Positions 25,240 through 38,164 of a stretch of DNA of 64,000 bases are shown here, in pieces. Positions within the stretch are counted from its first letter, which is position 1; each line of letters opens with the position of its first letter. The translations under genes were made by a program, and so were the position numbers. The DNA is taken from assembly GCA_951406725.2 (NCBI GenBank), contig OX597815.1:40982001-41046000 (forward strand), given 5' to 3'. The notes beneath the pieces are model-generated. The model searched no databases. It was not told the DNA's origin and worked only from the letters and a program-made list of their open reading frames with translations. Origin of the DNA: Octopus vulgaris. Taxonomy: Eukaryota.

Positions 25240-26799
25240 AGCATTTCTAGAATCTCCAAATCTTGTCCAACATTTGTTACTCATCCAGTTTCATCTGCTT
25301 CACTATTTACTTCACTAGCATTCTCAGGCACATAGTGTTTTTCTTCATTTCTTACTGTTGCTTCACACCCTTCCTGTTCATTTTCTATTCTTCTCAGAAT
25401 TACTTCAAATTCTGTAATTGAATACAAGTTGCCCTTGCCTGGTCTATCAATAATTGGGCAGATTGATCATGACTACTGAATTTGACATTTTCACTCATTT
25501 TGAGGCAGTATTTATGAGATCTTCGCCATCACTGCTTGGTCCAATGCTTAATCATCATCATTATTATTCTGCTCTTCACCAATTCACTCTCTTTTTGCAC
25601 TGTCACTCAACTGCTCTCTCCTACCTCCAACTTGTGTATTATTTGTTACTCTTCAACCCTATCCTAACAAACCATCAAACACATGCCCATGCCAGTACGA
25701 AACTTAAATGATAAACAATGACACACACACACACATGTAAAATATGTATTTTTAATGAAAGCTTCAAAAATTTCATTGAGAGTAAGCTATACTAAATGCT
25801 AAAAGGAAAATAAGCACAAACTGATCACTAAAACATGATTTTCTTGTTTTGTAAAATGTATTTGTTTTTCAGTAAAACATTTTTGTGTGAAAACAACCCC
25901 TGCATCTTAAAATTTAACATCATCATCATCATCATCATTTAATGCCCATTTTCCAAACTGACATGAGACAGATGGTTTGATAGGATCAGATGAGCTGCAA
26001 GCCTACACTAAGTTCCAGTATCAATTTTGGCATGTTTTCTATGGCTGGATGCCCTTCCTAATGCCAACCACTTTGCAGTAAATGCTGGATGCTTTTTTTT
26101 TCTTGAAACTGGCGCTAACTAATGAAGCTACCAAAATCCATAAAAGAGGAAAAACCTCCGAGATTGAGAGGGATTATATTTGAGAGAGTAGTGGGAGTGG
26201 TTTTATGCTAGATGTTGAAAAGCTAGAGATTGATAGAGGGACAAGCACAGATAGCTTACTATGCAGATAATAAATGGTTACCCTGCATTGTATAGGGGTG
26301 TGTGAAGTAACTGGAAAGAAAATAAAGATGTTGGTGATGAGGTTGACAATGCATAGCCACATGGTACAAAAAGGTGAGTATAAAATAAAATATGGATTGA
26401 GGATTAGGGGAGAAGGAGAATGTACATATTTTCATAAGAGTATAAGAGAAGAGTGACAGATGGTCAGAGATAGTGGTAAAGGTGAATGTAGTGAGCGATA
26501 AACAAAGGTGGTGTTGTGGTTGATGATAAATAATAGGGTGGAGATGGACGGGTGCATGGAAAGAAAGATGAGAGAGATTGAAGTGGTTGAGGAAGGATAG
26601 TAACAAGTGACAGACAGCACAAGTAGGGAAGAGAGGAGTAATACAAACCTGTACATATGTGTATATAAATATAAAAACATTTATCTTGTATGTAAAGGAA
26701 AGAACTTTCTTTAGTGTACAAAATCATGAAATATATAGAAACATGCAAAGTGTGTGTGTGTATTAGGCTGAGTGAAAAGTAAGCAACGTTTTGAAACAC

Positions 26800-28198
26800 G
26801 AAATTCATCACAATATATTGCAACAATGCAGAAATTTTATTCATCAAAGCAAGTACCATTTCAATCAACACATATTTGCCAACAAGGTACAAGTTTGTTT
26901 ATTCCGTTAACATAAAAATCTGGAGTTCTGGAGCTGATGAACTCTTTGAATCACACTTTCAGCATCAATTTAATTTTCAAACTCCTTCTTTCGCAGGAAA
27001 CCATCACGGTGCTTGAAAAAGTGGTAGTCGGTAGGAGAAAGGTCTGAAGAAGAAGCTGGATGGGGAAGAACTCCATAGCTGAGTTCCCTCAACTTCTGGA
27101 GCATCATTAGTGGAGCGTGTGGTCAAGCATTGTCATGAAGAATGTCGACCAGTCTGAGATGGAGGAGAAGCAGATTTTCATTCATTTTGGCAATTTCATG
27201 GCAATATATTTCTGCACTAGCGACTTTTCTGGGTTTTAAGAAATTATAGTGGATGAGTCCAGCAGTACACCAGGAAACAGTCACCATAACCTTCTTTATC
27301 AAGAACTCAGATTTAGGAAAGGTTTTCAGTGTTTCATTTTGGTCCAACTACTGTGAAGAACATTTTTTTATTATTGTACAGAATCCGTTTTTCATTACAA
27401 ATTACAATACAGTCGAAAAATAGATTGGTCTGGTTATGGAGAAGAAGCGACGAACAAATTACATATCTGTGCATTTTCTGATTTTCATTCAAATCGTGTG
27501 GTACCCATTTGTTAAGCTTTTTCGATTTTCCGATTACATGTAAATGGTTGCAGGCAGTTTTTCCGGCTAACTTGAAGTTTTTTTGCCAGTTCTTGAGTGG
27601 TTTTACAAGGATCTTTCTCAATGACAGTTTTTAATTGACTGTCACCGATGTATATATCAATGTTAATTTATTGATCCATTTAGGCAAATCTATGTCTGTA
27701 TCATCAGACAATCGCAAAAATATATTTAAAAAAATTCAAAACTCTGTAAAAATCTGCTACAAATTCTTCACGTATATATATATATATATATATAAAACCA
27801 GGTTGAGTAATAATTTAGCTATGTTTTGAACCGTGAAGAATTTGTACCAGATTTTTACAGAGTTTTGAATTTTTTTAAACATATTCTTGCAATTGTTTGA
27901 TAATATAGACATAGACTTGCCTAAATGGATCAATAAATTAACATTGATATTTTTTTCACCGCTGTTACAATCATCTGAAATGGAACTCACAAAGTGCAAT
28001 ATTCAAGCAATTTTGCTATTCAACTTCTATAAAGGATTAAAGCAGCTGAAACTGCTCTCGATATCAATGAAACATGTGGTGTGGAAATGACCAGTGAGTG
28101 GTCAGTTCAAAAATGGTTTAAACGATTTCGCAATGGTGACCTGAGCCTTGAAGATCGTGAACATAGTAGACACCCATTTGTCATTGGTGACGGTCAAT
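26800..28198. pseudogene. Second decayed mariner; 3' part on minus (26800-27650), 5' HTH part inverted on plus (27958-28198)
   Basis: WVPHDL, HDNA and KKVMVTVSW on minus; MELTKCNIQAILLFNFYKG...KWFKRF on plus. Confidence 0.85.
27655..27949. repeat. Inverted repeat (about 118-bp arms) around (TA)n
   Basis: tatcaatgttaatttattgatccatttaggcaa... and its reverse complement ...ttgcctaaatggatcaataaattaacattgata. Confidence 0.88.
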
Positions 28199-28328
28199 AT
28201 ATATATTCAATTTTTGGGGATTAATTGATATGCGGGTATTCTATTTCAGATAACACAAAAATAACCTAATAAGTATATCTGACAGTAAACTCTTGGTATC
28301 AGTTTGCACATCACAAAATAATACTTAA

Positions 28329-29140
28329 AGGATATAACCAAAATTACCAGCTGGGTATATAATATACTTCATTAATACTTATACATATTAAATATGAAGG
28401 AACTACATGTGTTTCAGTATTGGAAGATTACAATATATATACATATACACAACTGTATACCTATATATATATACATATATAAATACATATATACAATCAT
28501 CAGATTTACAATTATTCTAACATATCTTCAGGTTCTATTCCAAATTATTATATATCTAATTTTACATCCCTTTAAAATTAAGCAATACAATTAAGCATTA
28601 ATGATTAAAAATTATGAATTAAAAATTAAGAATAAAAATTATACTTTGTAATATTAAGAATTAAAATTTATAAATTATACATTATAAATACGAATTAGTA
28701 TATATATCAATCATGTAAAATCAAGCATGTCAAATACAGAATGTGAGATAGAAGACTAAACATCAGAATAAAAATGTCTGTGTTTAAATGTGATATATAA
28801 CAAGAAAAATTCAAATACATATCTTCCCCTTTTTTTTTGCTGGTACTAAAATGGTGATTTGAGGAAAAATTTGAGGGATGTAAAATTAGATATATAATAT
28901 TTTGAAATAGAACCTGAATATGTGTTGGAATAATTGTAAATCTGACGATTGCATATGTGTATTTATATATGTATATATATATAGGTATACAGTTGTGTAT
29001 ATGTATATATATTGTAATCTTCCAATACTGAAACACACGTATGTAGTTCCTTCATATTTAATAAATATAAGTATTAACTAAAGTATGATACAATTAATGA
29101 AGTATATTATATACCTAGCTGGTAATTTTGGTTATATCCT
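28329..29140. repeat. Inverted repeat (about 245-265-bp arms)
   Basis: Mirror ORFs 28394..28594(+) and 28707..29036(-). Confidence 0.88.
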
Positions 29141-29142
29141 GA

Positions 29143-29173
<31 letters not shown>

Positions 29174-29289
29174 GAATGGCATCTAAAACCATATAAACCA
29201 TGCTAATTTAATGCAGCAAGCTTTCCATATCTGAGCAAATAAGGACAACCAGAAGATCATTTCTCTGAATCCTTTTGTAGGCTACTTTG

Positions 29290-29720
29290 ATGATGAAAGA
29301 CAATGATGCTATTGTAATGGCTGATAACTTCAACGGTCATGTTGGGAAGTACTTCAATGGATTTCATGGCATGTATTGAGATTATGGTTTTGGTTCCTGA
29401 AATGAGGAGGGAACAAGGCTGTTGGAGTTCTGTGATGCAAATGACTTGCTGGTCTGTAATACTAACTTCATAATACCTATCAGCCATCTGATCAATCAAT
29501 CTGGGGGTACACAAACCATATTGACCACATTCCCATTGGAAACGGAGAAGAAGATGCTTGTGAATGCAATGTCCCTCCTGGATGAATAATCTACAACTCA
29601 ACATATGTTAGTGGTTAGTGACTTGAGAGACTTAAGACTAGAAGGACTTGAAAACACAAACCAATTTGGAAAAGGTGGTTATGAAAGATTAAGGATCCTG
29701 AAAACAGCCAGATATTTAGA
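29290..29720 (+). mobile_element. RTE-clade LINE endonuclease fragment
   Basis: YGFGS.NEEGTRLLEFCDANDLLVCNTNF read on the plus strand. Confidence 0.65.
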
Positions 29721-30559
29721 GATATCTTTCTTTGTTTTATTATATAATAAAATGTATTCAAAAAGATTATTGCAATAAAATTGTTTCAAAATAGATTTAT
29801 TACAATTTTTATATTTCAATTGTTACAAAATACATAATCTAATATTCAAAATCACATAACTGCATATAGCACAAAGGAGTGAAGAGAGAAGATTAATCTC
29901 TGTGCACAATGAAGACGGGAGTCCGGATGGCTCCTGTGCAAGGACAATCTGAATATAGACAAGTGTTGCAAAAACATATATTTGCAAATGAAATTTATAG
30001 AAAAACATCTATGTAAAAAATTACCTAAATTATAGGTTTTACACAAGCTTATCGAAATTGATCAACATCAATGGAATTTGTAGTTGTGATACCAGTGCCG
30101 GTGGACGTAAGAGAACCATCCGAACGTGGCCGTAGCCAGCGCCGCATCGCCTGGCCTCCGTGCCGGTGTCATGTAACAAACACCATTCGATCGTGGCCAT
30201 TGCCAGCCTCGCCTGGCCTTTTAAGAATTAGTATAACATAGGATCGCTCATGATATAAATATCATGAGTAAATTTTTATAGTTAGTTTATCACAGATGGC
30301 TTGTTTAGCAGTTCTTCATATTTCTTCATATTTGATGGTTGGTAGATATAGGCACAGGTATCACTTTGTGGAAAGAAGTTTGCTTCCTAAGCCCATGGTT
30401 CCAGGTTCACTCCCACTGGATGGCACCTTGACTAAGTTTCGTCTACTATAGCCTGGGCCAACCAAAGCTTTGTGAACGTATTTGGTAGACAAAGACTGAC
30501 AATGGCCTGTTGTATATATATATGTATGTATATTGTGTGTGTGTGTGTATATATATAGT

Positions 30560-31423
30560 GAGAATATAAAAAAACCACCAAAGACGGTGTGTAAACAACA
30601 AACAGATATATTAGTTTTAACGCTCGAGAAGTGAGAAAGTCTTTTATGTTTCAAACCTACGCTCTTCAACAGCAAGGAACACAGAAACAGGGAGAGAAAA
30701 TAAAAAAGGTTGTGGACAGAGATCTATCATGGCGAATACTGGGGAGAGGGGTCACACAGGGGAGATAATAAAGTAGAGGTGATCCCAAAATGAAGGTGCA
30801 CATGCATATGTGAGAGCGTGTAATGTGCATATGGATGGGGGCTGGTGACCTTGACATGTGCATGTGTAGGTGTGTGGATGATGGTGTGGGTGCTGGGAAG
30901 TGGTCAGTGCTAGTGTGTGTGGGGTGGTGTGATGTGGTGGTGTTGGGTGTGGAGATGAGAGTGGAGGAAGCAAAGGTGTGGTGAGGTGGGGGTAGAGATG
31001 GGGTATGGTGGAATGGAATGTATAGGGATGGTGGGGTTGGAATCTATAAGGGTGGGGTAACGAGGAAGGGGGTGACAATGAGGGGAGAAATAGGTAGGAG
31101 TGACGAGAGGAAGTAGGTGTTAAAGGAGAGGTGGGTGGGAGGAAGTAGGTGAGAGGAAGAGAAGAGTGAGTAGGAGGGTTAGATGAAGAGGGAAGGAGAG
31201 TTGAGCCCATGTAGCACAAAGGAGCGAAGAGAGAAGATTAATCCCTGTTCACAATGAAGACGGGAGTCCGGATGGCTCCTGTGCAAGGACAATCTGAACA
31301 CAGACAGGTGTTGTAAAAAATGACCAGTAGAGCAGAAATGGTGCAAGACCAGGGTGCCATTGTTGAGTTTGATGTCTCAGAGGTGTTTTGTGAACCAGTC
31401 AACTAAGTGGCATCCCGTTTGAC
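30560..31423 (-). mobile_element. Penelope-like element 3' fragment (GIY-YIG endonuclease C-terminal part, CT-rich tail)
   Basis: Minus-strand translation QTGCHLVDWFTKHL*DI...HHFCSTGH...RLHCEQGLIFSLRSFVLHGLN follows the pattern of Penelope GIY-YIG C-termini. Confidence 0.72.
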
Positions 31424-31972
31424 TGATGTGCTTGGCATTAGGAAGGACATCTAGCTGTAGAAACTTTGCCAGGCCAGATTGAGCCTGGTGCAGCTTCTGG
31501 CTCACCAGTCCTCAGTAAAACCGTCCAACCCATGCTACCTTAAATGATAATGATGATGATATTCTTAAACATGAATACTACTGACAGTGGATTGGCCAGC
31601 AGGTCAAGACTTTGGAGTTACTGTTAATAATACAGTTGCGAGCCTCGCCTGGTCTCCATGCTGGTGGCACGTAAAAAGCACCATCCAATCGTGGCCATTT
31701 GCCAGCCTCGTCTGGCACCTGTGCAAGTGGCACGTAAAAAGCACCCACTACACTCACGGAGTGGTTGGCATGAGGAAAGGCATCCAGCTGTAGAGACACT
31801 GTCAGATCAGATTGGAGCCTGGTGCAGCCATCTGGTTCACCAGACCTCAGTCAAATTGTCCAGAAACAGGTACAATAATAAAAGAATGAGTATTCATCAG
31901 CATCATCATCATCGTTTAACGTCCGTTTTCCATGCTAGCATGGAAAATGGACGTGGCTGTACTGGATATAAC

Positions 31973-32169
31973 TCAGAAAAATATTTTCACCATGCCATGA
32001 ACCTTTTTCCGACATAAAGGGCAGTTGCTGAGAGCAGGTGCACATGATGCGCAACTGACCAAATGGCCACATGGTAAAAATACCACACTCAATTCTTCAT
32101 CTAAACAGATTTTACAAAGCTTTTGTTCTTTTAGCATAGTATTCTCTGCAATTATATCAGCACTTGCTG
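31973..32169 (-). CDS. IAP coding exon 6: C-terminal RING E3 ligase domain and stop
   Basis: Translated by hand (not in the ORF track): EQKLCKICLDEELSVVFLPCGHLVSCASCAPALSNCPLCRKKVHGMVKIFF*. Typical IAP RING ending in aromatic residues. ttttttatag| acceptor. Confidence 0.95.
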
Positions 32170-35100
32170 CTATAAAAAATAAAAAACAAAAGACAAAAAA
32201 AATAAGCGAACTGAAACATGATAAATTCTGAATATTAAAACAGTATCAGCAGTTACACAAGAAAAATATTCCATTTCATTCACACCAATTCACCCTAGGT
32301 TCCATGTGAACATGTTAGTTACTAATGCATGAACATTTCTCAGAGAGATTTAGAAAATACCTTTTCTTAAGATGTGTTCCAAAACATTATTATTCTTTTA
32401 TTCTTTTATAGGTTTCAGTCCAAAGACTGTGGCCATGCTGGAGCACCGCCATTGTAATCATCTTTCCACTTTCCACCTTTGTCGGAGTGGCGTTTGGTGA
32501 AGAATGGAGTTTGATGCTACTGCCCTCTTTTGAGTTTCTTGCTTAGATATTGGCTCATCTGGGATCTTGGTGAGCCAGATGTCAAGTTCACGTTTGAAAA
32601 CACTTACATCCACTCCATGGAGGCTCCTCAGATCCTTCAGCAGAGAGTCAATAAAAACAAACAAAAAATCTATTTTGGCCCCTTCACAGCATAAAGCTGC
32701 TTCCCTCTCTACAGTTGAAGCTAGGTAGTAATCTTGCAAGTTCCTGGCAACCTCACTAGGCTGGTGCTATATAAAAAAAGATCACCCTGTACACTTTGTA
32801 AAGTGATCGGTGTTAAAAAGTGCATCTAACTATAGAAACCATGCCACAACAGGCACTAGGCCATGATACAGTCCTCCAGGTTGATAGATTTTGTCAAACC
32901 ATTCAACCCATGCCAACATAGAAACTGTATGGTAAAAGAGGATGATATTGTATAGAACATTTAATTTTGTTAATAAGAAAATATGACCAGAAGGTTTAAT
33001 TACTTTAATGTCTCCAACACAAAAACTAGAAAACTTATGATACTGAGATAAATAAGATAATTTAGAAAACATGGGGTAACAAAATTATACACATAACTCA
33101 TCAATAAAGGAAACTAATCCAAACCATTTAGAATATTATTTTCTCCTCTTTCTGATATTGTAAATTGACATTGAGAAGTTACAGAATAGGCTGAAAAGAG
33201 TCAACTGGTTTGCTATGTTGAGCTGAACATTTCTACAAGACTTCATAAAGCTGGTATTTACCTTCAGATTTGAGTAAATGAAATATATTACTATCTTGAG
33301 TAGTATGAGGATTTTAGTCTAATGCTACAAGCTAACAAAATATTTATAAATTGTACAATGTTTTCGCTAATTACACTAATGATCTGTGCCTCATTTTGGT
33401 ATTTATTTAAAGCTAAAGAATCTCTGTCAGTGTCAGGATATGAATTATCAATCCATCATACCATAACAAATATCCAGAGAAGCTAACATAGGCACTTCAA
33501 AGTGGTTGCTCAACCTGCTAGAAATAGCAGTCAAGGCTCCATCAACTCAAAAAGAAAGGACATGTTGAATAATGTAATTCTTGAAAATAAGATGGGACGA
33601 TTATAGCTTGAATGCATTGGGCGAACAACAGCTGTGTCAATTGTGACTGTTTAGTCTAGATGTTTTCCTGGAATATTTACAATTACCATTAACCAAATAT
33701 GTCAATGTACATCAGCTAATAATAGCTGATCAGGGACATGTGTAACAGATCTACATTGAACAGAAAAAAATAGCCATGTAATCTGAAATATGGATATTAT
33801 TCTCAATGCTGAACAGGCAAATATGCATTAAACATAATATACATAGAACAACTTTGTTCAATTGTTTTCATGCATGTTTTTCCATGCTGGCAAGGGTTAG
33901 CTGAAGCTATTGCTTAAGTATCGTTTTTATGGCTAGATACCCTTCCTGTTACTAACCAATAATTGTTTTTCAAGTGAAGAATCTCTTATTTTACAAGTGT
34001 TTGAAGGCCCAAAGTGAATGGATGATTTGTCGACAGGAGAAATGATAACATCACCACTTGCAGTTCTAGGTATTCAGAGAAGTGCAAATGTAAACAAAAG
34101 TACAGATGCCCACACATCCACACATAATTTATGTACATACACATGTATATGCCATTCTCAAAACCATATTCCATTTTTGATTTCTGGTTATTAGAAAGGA
34201 TTACAGAGATTTATTTAAAAACTGAAAATGATATGGTGTTGACAGTTATAAAGTTTTAAAAGTAGATGTTTCCTTTCCTTGTGAGCAATGGCAATCTAGT
34301 GTCAATGTAAAACAACAAAAGAAGGATTACTTAATAACAGCTACTTTACTGTCAGCATTTTAATAGATAGAAGAAGGATCACTTCTTATTTATTAACAAT
34401 CATTTCAAAGTATGTAGAAATAGTAGAGTTATCATTTATTACTTACTAGAAGACATTTCAGCATCATGTTTTTCTCTTGTTTGGTCAGGCTCCTCTTCAT
34501 CACTTACTTCCTCAATATCATCATCATTGCCAGCTTTATAATGAGCATCGTTTTCAATTGCATCAAGTAAATCTGATGCTTGTGAAAAAGAAGATCCTTA
34601 AAAACAAAAAAGGAAAAAAAAACATGAACATACACGTTAGGTTTTGTGTAAAATATATCTAGCATTCAACTACATTCCTATTTGTCCATTACTTTCATAA
34701 TAACACTGCTCCTTTGTTAGGTTTCTATCTGTACTTTGAAGTTGGAAATGCATAAACTAACAGATTTTTAAGAACGGAAATTTTGTTGCACGAATGTATA
34801 ATTTAGTGATTTCATCACTAGAATATTTATCAGAAGTTATCAACCACATTTCATGGCCTCTCATATTTTTAGTTCAAATCAAAATATCAGGATACAATCC
34901 CAATCATGAAAAGCAACTGCTGGTTGAACTCTGGTTCTGACAATTATATTATACTTCTATGTATGCATGTTAGTATTTTTTAGCATTATGCCTCTCATAT
35001 ATTTACAGAGAAGTTGCTGAAATCTTATACATGCTTTACTTTGAACAACTTGATGGCAGGAAACCAGATTATTCAAAGATTAATAATGTATAGTTTGATG

Positions 35101-38097
35101 GTTTACAGTACTGACATTGAATTCTTGCATATAAGCAACTGAATGAATTTTCTGCTAAAAGGCAAATGCTAAATTTTTCAATGAAATATTAAGAAGAAAA
35201 CTCATTTTGGTAGATTAGAATAAACTATGTGATATGGGGTCTGAAGAAGCTACAATCTCCAAAAGGTGATGAAAGTGCATCTGGCAAAATAGCTTGGGAA
35301 AAATTTATATTATTTAAGGATTTTGGGAAACCTAAGAGAAGAAGCAGATAAAGAGAGAATTTAACCAAAGTTATCAGATTGGGTTCTTATAAATTTATAC
35401 TTCAAAGATAACATGATGAAAGGCAAAAATGAATTAAAACACTGCGATTTGCTTCCTTGTGTATGATGTACTGAACAAACATATATCAATACAACAATGA
35501 TTACAATGATAAATTTTGTATAAAAACTGGATAGTTAATTTTGTATAACAAAAAATTATTATATTTAAAAAAATCGTAAAGTATTCTTACCTGTTTCTTT
35601 GATTTTGTTTTTCACAATTCTTTTGACTAGATTTCGATTATAGCCCATAGATAAAAGAGCCTTAACTGTAGGTGTTTCCATACATGATGCCTTAGATTTA
35701 CGATTTTTCAACTTGGGAGAGCCTAAAATATAAAAGGAAATTATTAAAATGTTTCTAAAAATGTTCTAAATTTTATTTTTCAATTTAAAGTAATCTTTGA
35801 CTATTTCCTAGTGTAATTTTTATCTTTTTGTTTCTGTTCATGCAGCATCATCATTTTCCAAAAAGGGTACACTGGTGCAGTATCTGATTGTTTTCTCAAG
35901 GCAGATATGAGGCCTAGTGTGTAAAAGGCTTAGAAATGGGAACTGCATAGATTTGGTTTTTTTTTCCTTGGCTTCAAAACCTAAGTGACTCAACAAAATA
36001 TATACAAACTTTAAATTAGCCAATGATAAATTTTGATCACTAATTTTGACACTGAAATATTATCTATATGTTTGCTTTACAAATGATATGTTTTGTCTGA
36101 TTTAAAGTTCTATATTTGCCACATATATAATGAAACATATCTTCATTATTTTTATTGAATTTGCTCATCATGCTCTATTCTTGAAAAATATTAACAGATA
36201 AACATGTATACTAGAAAAAAAGAAATGAGTCAATCATGGAAAACGTAATTACTTAATATGCATACTGTAATTATGAAATGATATAATCTTACATGATATT
36301 CTTTGTGAAAAACTGTGATGTGATGGTAAAAAAAAATCAATATCTTTTTGCAAATTTAATGAACTTCATTACATATAAATCACCAGAAAATAATTAAACA
36401 TCTTGCATAATATCATTTTTGGCAGCTTTGTTGGCACATGCAGAAAGTTACTCATGCTTTCTATAATTCTGTGAATGGCTAACTTATACATTCAATTGCT
36501 TTTAATTTCTTGTAATGTGCTGATGATTTTTTCACAATTTTGTGATATTGCAGCATTTCCTGCTCTCAGTGTCAACTGATAGTTGACATTTGCACAGCTG
36601 AGGGAAAATATTTTGCAAACTGGGCCGCGGATGCATCTCTATTAAATGTAACTTCCATATTGGTAGAAAGATATAGGGACGTTTCCTCTCTTAACCCTAA
36701 CCCTTATTATAAAAGATATTTTGATAAGATCTTGTTAATGCTTCAATGATGCTGTCTAGTGATTATTAGAGCTTCTAGTTTAATTTAATTTTTTTATTGT
36801 CCAAATTCTTTCATTATAAAAAATCATCTGTTTTGTTAAAAATAACATTTTCTTAAATGTAAGAATGTATGAAAATGATTGTATGAACAACATACTTTCC
36901 CTTATAAATAGCAAATAACTTACTTGAAGTTGGGTTATCTGATGTCCTGTTATCTTCCATATCGTAATATCTACCAATTGCATCAATTTCAGGAGAATCG
37001 AAATCTGATCGAACTTGTGAAGATTCCTTTAAGAGAAGAATGTAATTTCAACAAATTTATATTCTAGTAATGCTGAGTGTACACAGAAGCATACACTTCT
37101 ACATATAATTAAGTGTGGATTAACAAACATTAAGTATATTGTAGCTTGTATTTAACTATATGTTCATGCAGAAGATATCCTTGGACAAACTGCCAAACAT
37201 TATTATTTTAAATTGTCTTACCAAAGAATAATTTTCACAAAAAAACTATATCTTTTCAAAGTCATTCTAAATTCAGGTATGTAAGAATTAGATAATACTT
37301 TTCTGATGGGCACTAATACCACCAAAACATGCATAGAGTTGTCACTATAATTACCAAAAAAACTCAGAGAAGACAGTTTTTGTATGTGGAAGGAAGATGC
37401 ATAGGATCCATAAAAACTTTAGAGATTCGAGAAATTGATTCTCTCAAATATGCCCTAGTGGTTCATTAGAGGTATATCTTGGGGACCAAATTAGTAGTGG
37501 AAGAGGATGTACAGAGAGTGTGATAGCAGAATAAGAATAGGATGGAGGAAATTTAGAGAGCTATTACTTCTGTTGGCTATATCAGGGTTCTGTATCTTCT
37601 GAGAGACTTTTGTATTGTCTGCATAGCTAGCAAGGGTCGCTACTTCAATAGCTGAGGGCATGTCGGAAAGGGCCATAACAGTGGGCTGTGGAAAACCACT
37701 GATTATTATTTGTGTTTTCTTGCAGGTGGCCCCATTGACCATCTCTACCTGACTTCTATCTTTTAGAAAGTCATGTAGCCATTCTCCAAGTTTTCCAAAT
37801 ATGCCACGATTTTGGAGCTTGTAACAAATCATACTATGGTTGACTTTATCAAAGGCTTTTGCAAAGTCGAGGTATATCATGTCCACATTTGAGTTGTTGA
37901 GCAGCTGCTTTAGCACCCAGTCATAATGCTGCAAGAGCTGTGTCAGGCAGCTTCTACCTGGTTGGAAACCATGCTGGGTGTCAGTCAGCAAATCATTCTT
38001 TTCAAGGAATGCAATCAATTTCCTTCGGAATATTTGTTCCATGAATTTGCTGATTGTGTGAGGTCAGAGAGATAGGCCTATAGTTTTTAGCATCTGC

Positions 38098-38164
<67 letters not shown>

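Noticed and set aside
30752-31219. 155-aa Pro/His/Ser-rich ORF (similar ORFs at 61759-62292 and 26259-26892)
   Set aside because: Translation of low-complexity CT/CA-rich repeat sequence.
34597-35590. Searched for a CARD-encoding exon around the UBA exons and before the RING, as in vertebrate cIAP1/2
   Set aside because: None seen in this intron or the next; exons 4, 5 and 6 join in frame without one.
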